A stretch of 64,000 nt of DNA. Origin: Planctomycetota bacterium (GTDB lineage: Bacteria > Planctomycetota > UBA1135 > UBA2386). The stretch spans positions 4,704,001 through 4,768,000 of the forward strand of contig OZ245006.1 of the NCBI GenBank assembly GCA_965223545.1, read 5' to 3'. Positions 62,447 through 64,000 of the stretch are shown piece after piece. The stretch's first letter is position 1. Each line of letters starts with the position of its first letter. The notes beneath the pieces are model-generated. The model had not been told where the DNA came from. It was given only the letters and a program-made list of their open reading frames with translations, and ran no database searches. A program made the translations under genes and the position numbers.

Positions 62447-64000
62447 GGTTGGCGGCGCCGCCGGCGGCGCAGTGGGTCGTAGTGCTCGCGGTGGCAGTCG
62501 GTGCACTGGTGCGCGATCGGTCGGTAGCGGATCACGCCGTCGTTGCCTTGTCCGTCGGCGAGGTGGCAGGCGGCGCAGTCCAGCGCGCGGTGCTGCGCGC
62601 CGAGCGCGAACGCGGCATCGCGTTCGTGGTCGAAGCGCGACGCCGCAAAGGCGGTGGCCGGGTCGTGGCAGCGCTGACAGTCGGTGCGACCGGCGGCGTC
62701 GTCGAACTGGCCGCCGTGCGGATCGGTGTGGCAGTCCGCACACGCCGTGCCCCGCGCGCGGTGCCAGGTGCGGCCGTGGGCGTCGGCCGGCACCATCGGC
62801 GCATGGCAGGTCGAGCACGCGGCCTGTGCGTGCGCACCGGTCAGGGCAAAGCCGGTCCACTGGCCGTGGTCGAAGCCATGTGGAAGCGCGCGGAACGAGC
62901 TGTCGGCGTGACACCGCGCGCAGTCCGCCCTGCCCTCGACGGTCGCCGGCAGGCCGGGTCCGTCGAAGCCGCCGCGGTGCGGGTCTCGATGGCAGCTGTG
63001 ACACCCCTCGAACGCGCCGAAGTGATCGGCGACCCGACCGAGCGTGCGGCCGCTGGCGTCCGGGGTCGCGCTGCGCGGGTGGCAGCTCTCGCAACCGGCC
63101 TGTTGGTGGGCACCGCCGACCGCGAAGCCGGTCCAGGCGCCGTGGTCGAAGCCTTCCCGCAGCGCGGGGTGCGCGAAGCCGTGCGTGGTGTGACAGTGCG
63201 CGCAGCGCCCGTGCGGCGGCCGGTCGATCGCCGCGTCGAACCGGTCGAACTGGCCGCCGTGCGCGTCGCGATGGCAGTCGGCGCAGCGCGTCGAGGTGCC
63301 GGCAAAGCGCCGCACGCCGTCGCCGTCCGCAGTGTGGCAGTCGGCGCAGGCGAGGTCCTGGTGGGCGCCGTCGAGCGGCAGCGCTGCGCCGGCGTGTCGT
63401 TCGCGGTCGAAGGCGGGCGGTGCAAAGTGGTCGCGGTCGTGGCACGCCCGGCAGTGCCGCCCGGCGTCGGCACCGGTCTGGAAGCGGCTGCCGGCGAACT
63501 GGCCGGCGTGCGGGTCCGCGTGGCAGCGGTGGCAGTCGTCAGCGGTCCGGCCCGGGTGCCGGGTGGCGAAGTCGGCGGCGTCGGGTGCATGGCACCGGGC
63601 GCAGTCGACGTCTTGGTGCGGTCCCGCCAGGGCAAAGCCGGTGGCCGCGTGTTGCGCCGGTGTGAGCCGCTCCGCCTCCCGCCAGTCGTGGTGCTCGTGC
63701 CGGTGGCAGTCGGCGCAGGCGTTGCCGGCCGGTCCGCCGTGCTGTGCAGCGGCGGCCTCGGCGAACGGCTGTGTGTGCGGTGAGGCGTGGCAGTCGTCGC
63801 AGCGGCGGGGCGTGCCGACGTTCTCGGCGCGTTCGAGCGCGTGTGCGCTGCCGGCCGCGTGGCAGGTGCGGCAGTCGAGGGCGGCGTGGGCGCCCGCCAA
63901 CCGCAGATGCCGGTCGTGGCCGGCCGCGCGGTGCTCGGTGAACGCGGCCTGCGTGTGGCAGGCCGCGCAGTCGCGGTGCATGCGGCCTTGGTGCGGGTCT
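62443..64000 (-). CDS. Very high-heme cytochrome c (at least 18 CxxCH), 5'-truncated by the window edge
   Basis: 18 CxxCH in the visible ~518 aa, arranged in repeats 'HxxxGFxLxGAH-x4-CxxCH...CxxCHxDPHxGxF...CxxCH'. The frame is open to 64000 (DPHQGR precedes the listed Met). Confidence 0.93.
   Translation of the reverse strand, partial: DPHQGRMHRDCAACHTQAAFTEHRAAGHDRHLRLAGAHAALDCRTCHAAGSAHALERAENVGTPRRCDDCHASPHTQPFAEAAAAQHGGPAGNACADCHRHEHHDWREAERLTPAQHAATGFALAGPHQDVDCARCHAPDAADFATRHPGRTADDCHRCHADPHAGQFAGSRFQTGADAGRHCRACHDRDHFAPPAFDRERHAGAALPLDGAHQDLACADCHTADGDGVRRFAGTSTRCADCHRDAHGGQFDRFDAAIDRPPHGRCAHCHTTHGFAHPALREGFDHGAWTGFAVGGAHQQAGCESCHPRSATPDASGRTLGRVADHFGAFEGCHSCHRDPHRGGFDGPGLPATVEGRADCARCHADSSFRALPHGFDHGQWTGFALTGAHAQAACSTCHAPMVPADAHGRTWHRARGTACADCHTDPHGGQFDDAAGRTDCQRCHDPATAFAASRFDHERDAAFALGAQHRALDCAACHLADGQGNDGVIRYRPIAHQCTDCHREHYDPLRRRRRRQP

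Overview
A very GC-rich bacterial window that is densely coding (~45 genes). I found no rRNA, tRNA, CRISPR array or transposase. The gene repertoire (ECF sigma factors paired with Ser/Thr kinase-TPR proteins, an ECF fused to a membrane-anchored extracytoplasmic domain, many secreted FG-GAP/Kelch/SBBP propeller proteins) suggests Planctomycetota, possibly an OM190-type lineage; this is inference only. Recognisable genes include blaI/blaR1-like regulators, a D-amino-acid oxidase, glnII, an Lrp regulator, clostripain, mscS, egtB, an amidase, two methyltransferases and a PsrA-like TetR-RND efflux operon with its operator. Highlights: (1) a porin-multiheme cytochrome c cluster at 57144-64000 with at least 36 CxxCH motifs over three cytochromes, a candidate extracellular electron transfer conduit truncated by the window edge; (2) a SelW/Rdx-type selenoprotein (CxxU, in-frame TGA plus SECIS-like hairpin) at 31510-31728 that the ORF track missed; (3) a ~125-aa C-terminal domain shared by four (perhaps five) otherwise unrelated secreted proteins, a candidate sorting or anchoring signal; (4) a restriction-endonuclease-NACHT defence-type gene split by a one-base frameshift; (5) a three-copy GTAC-hairpin intergenic repeat with compensatory base changes.
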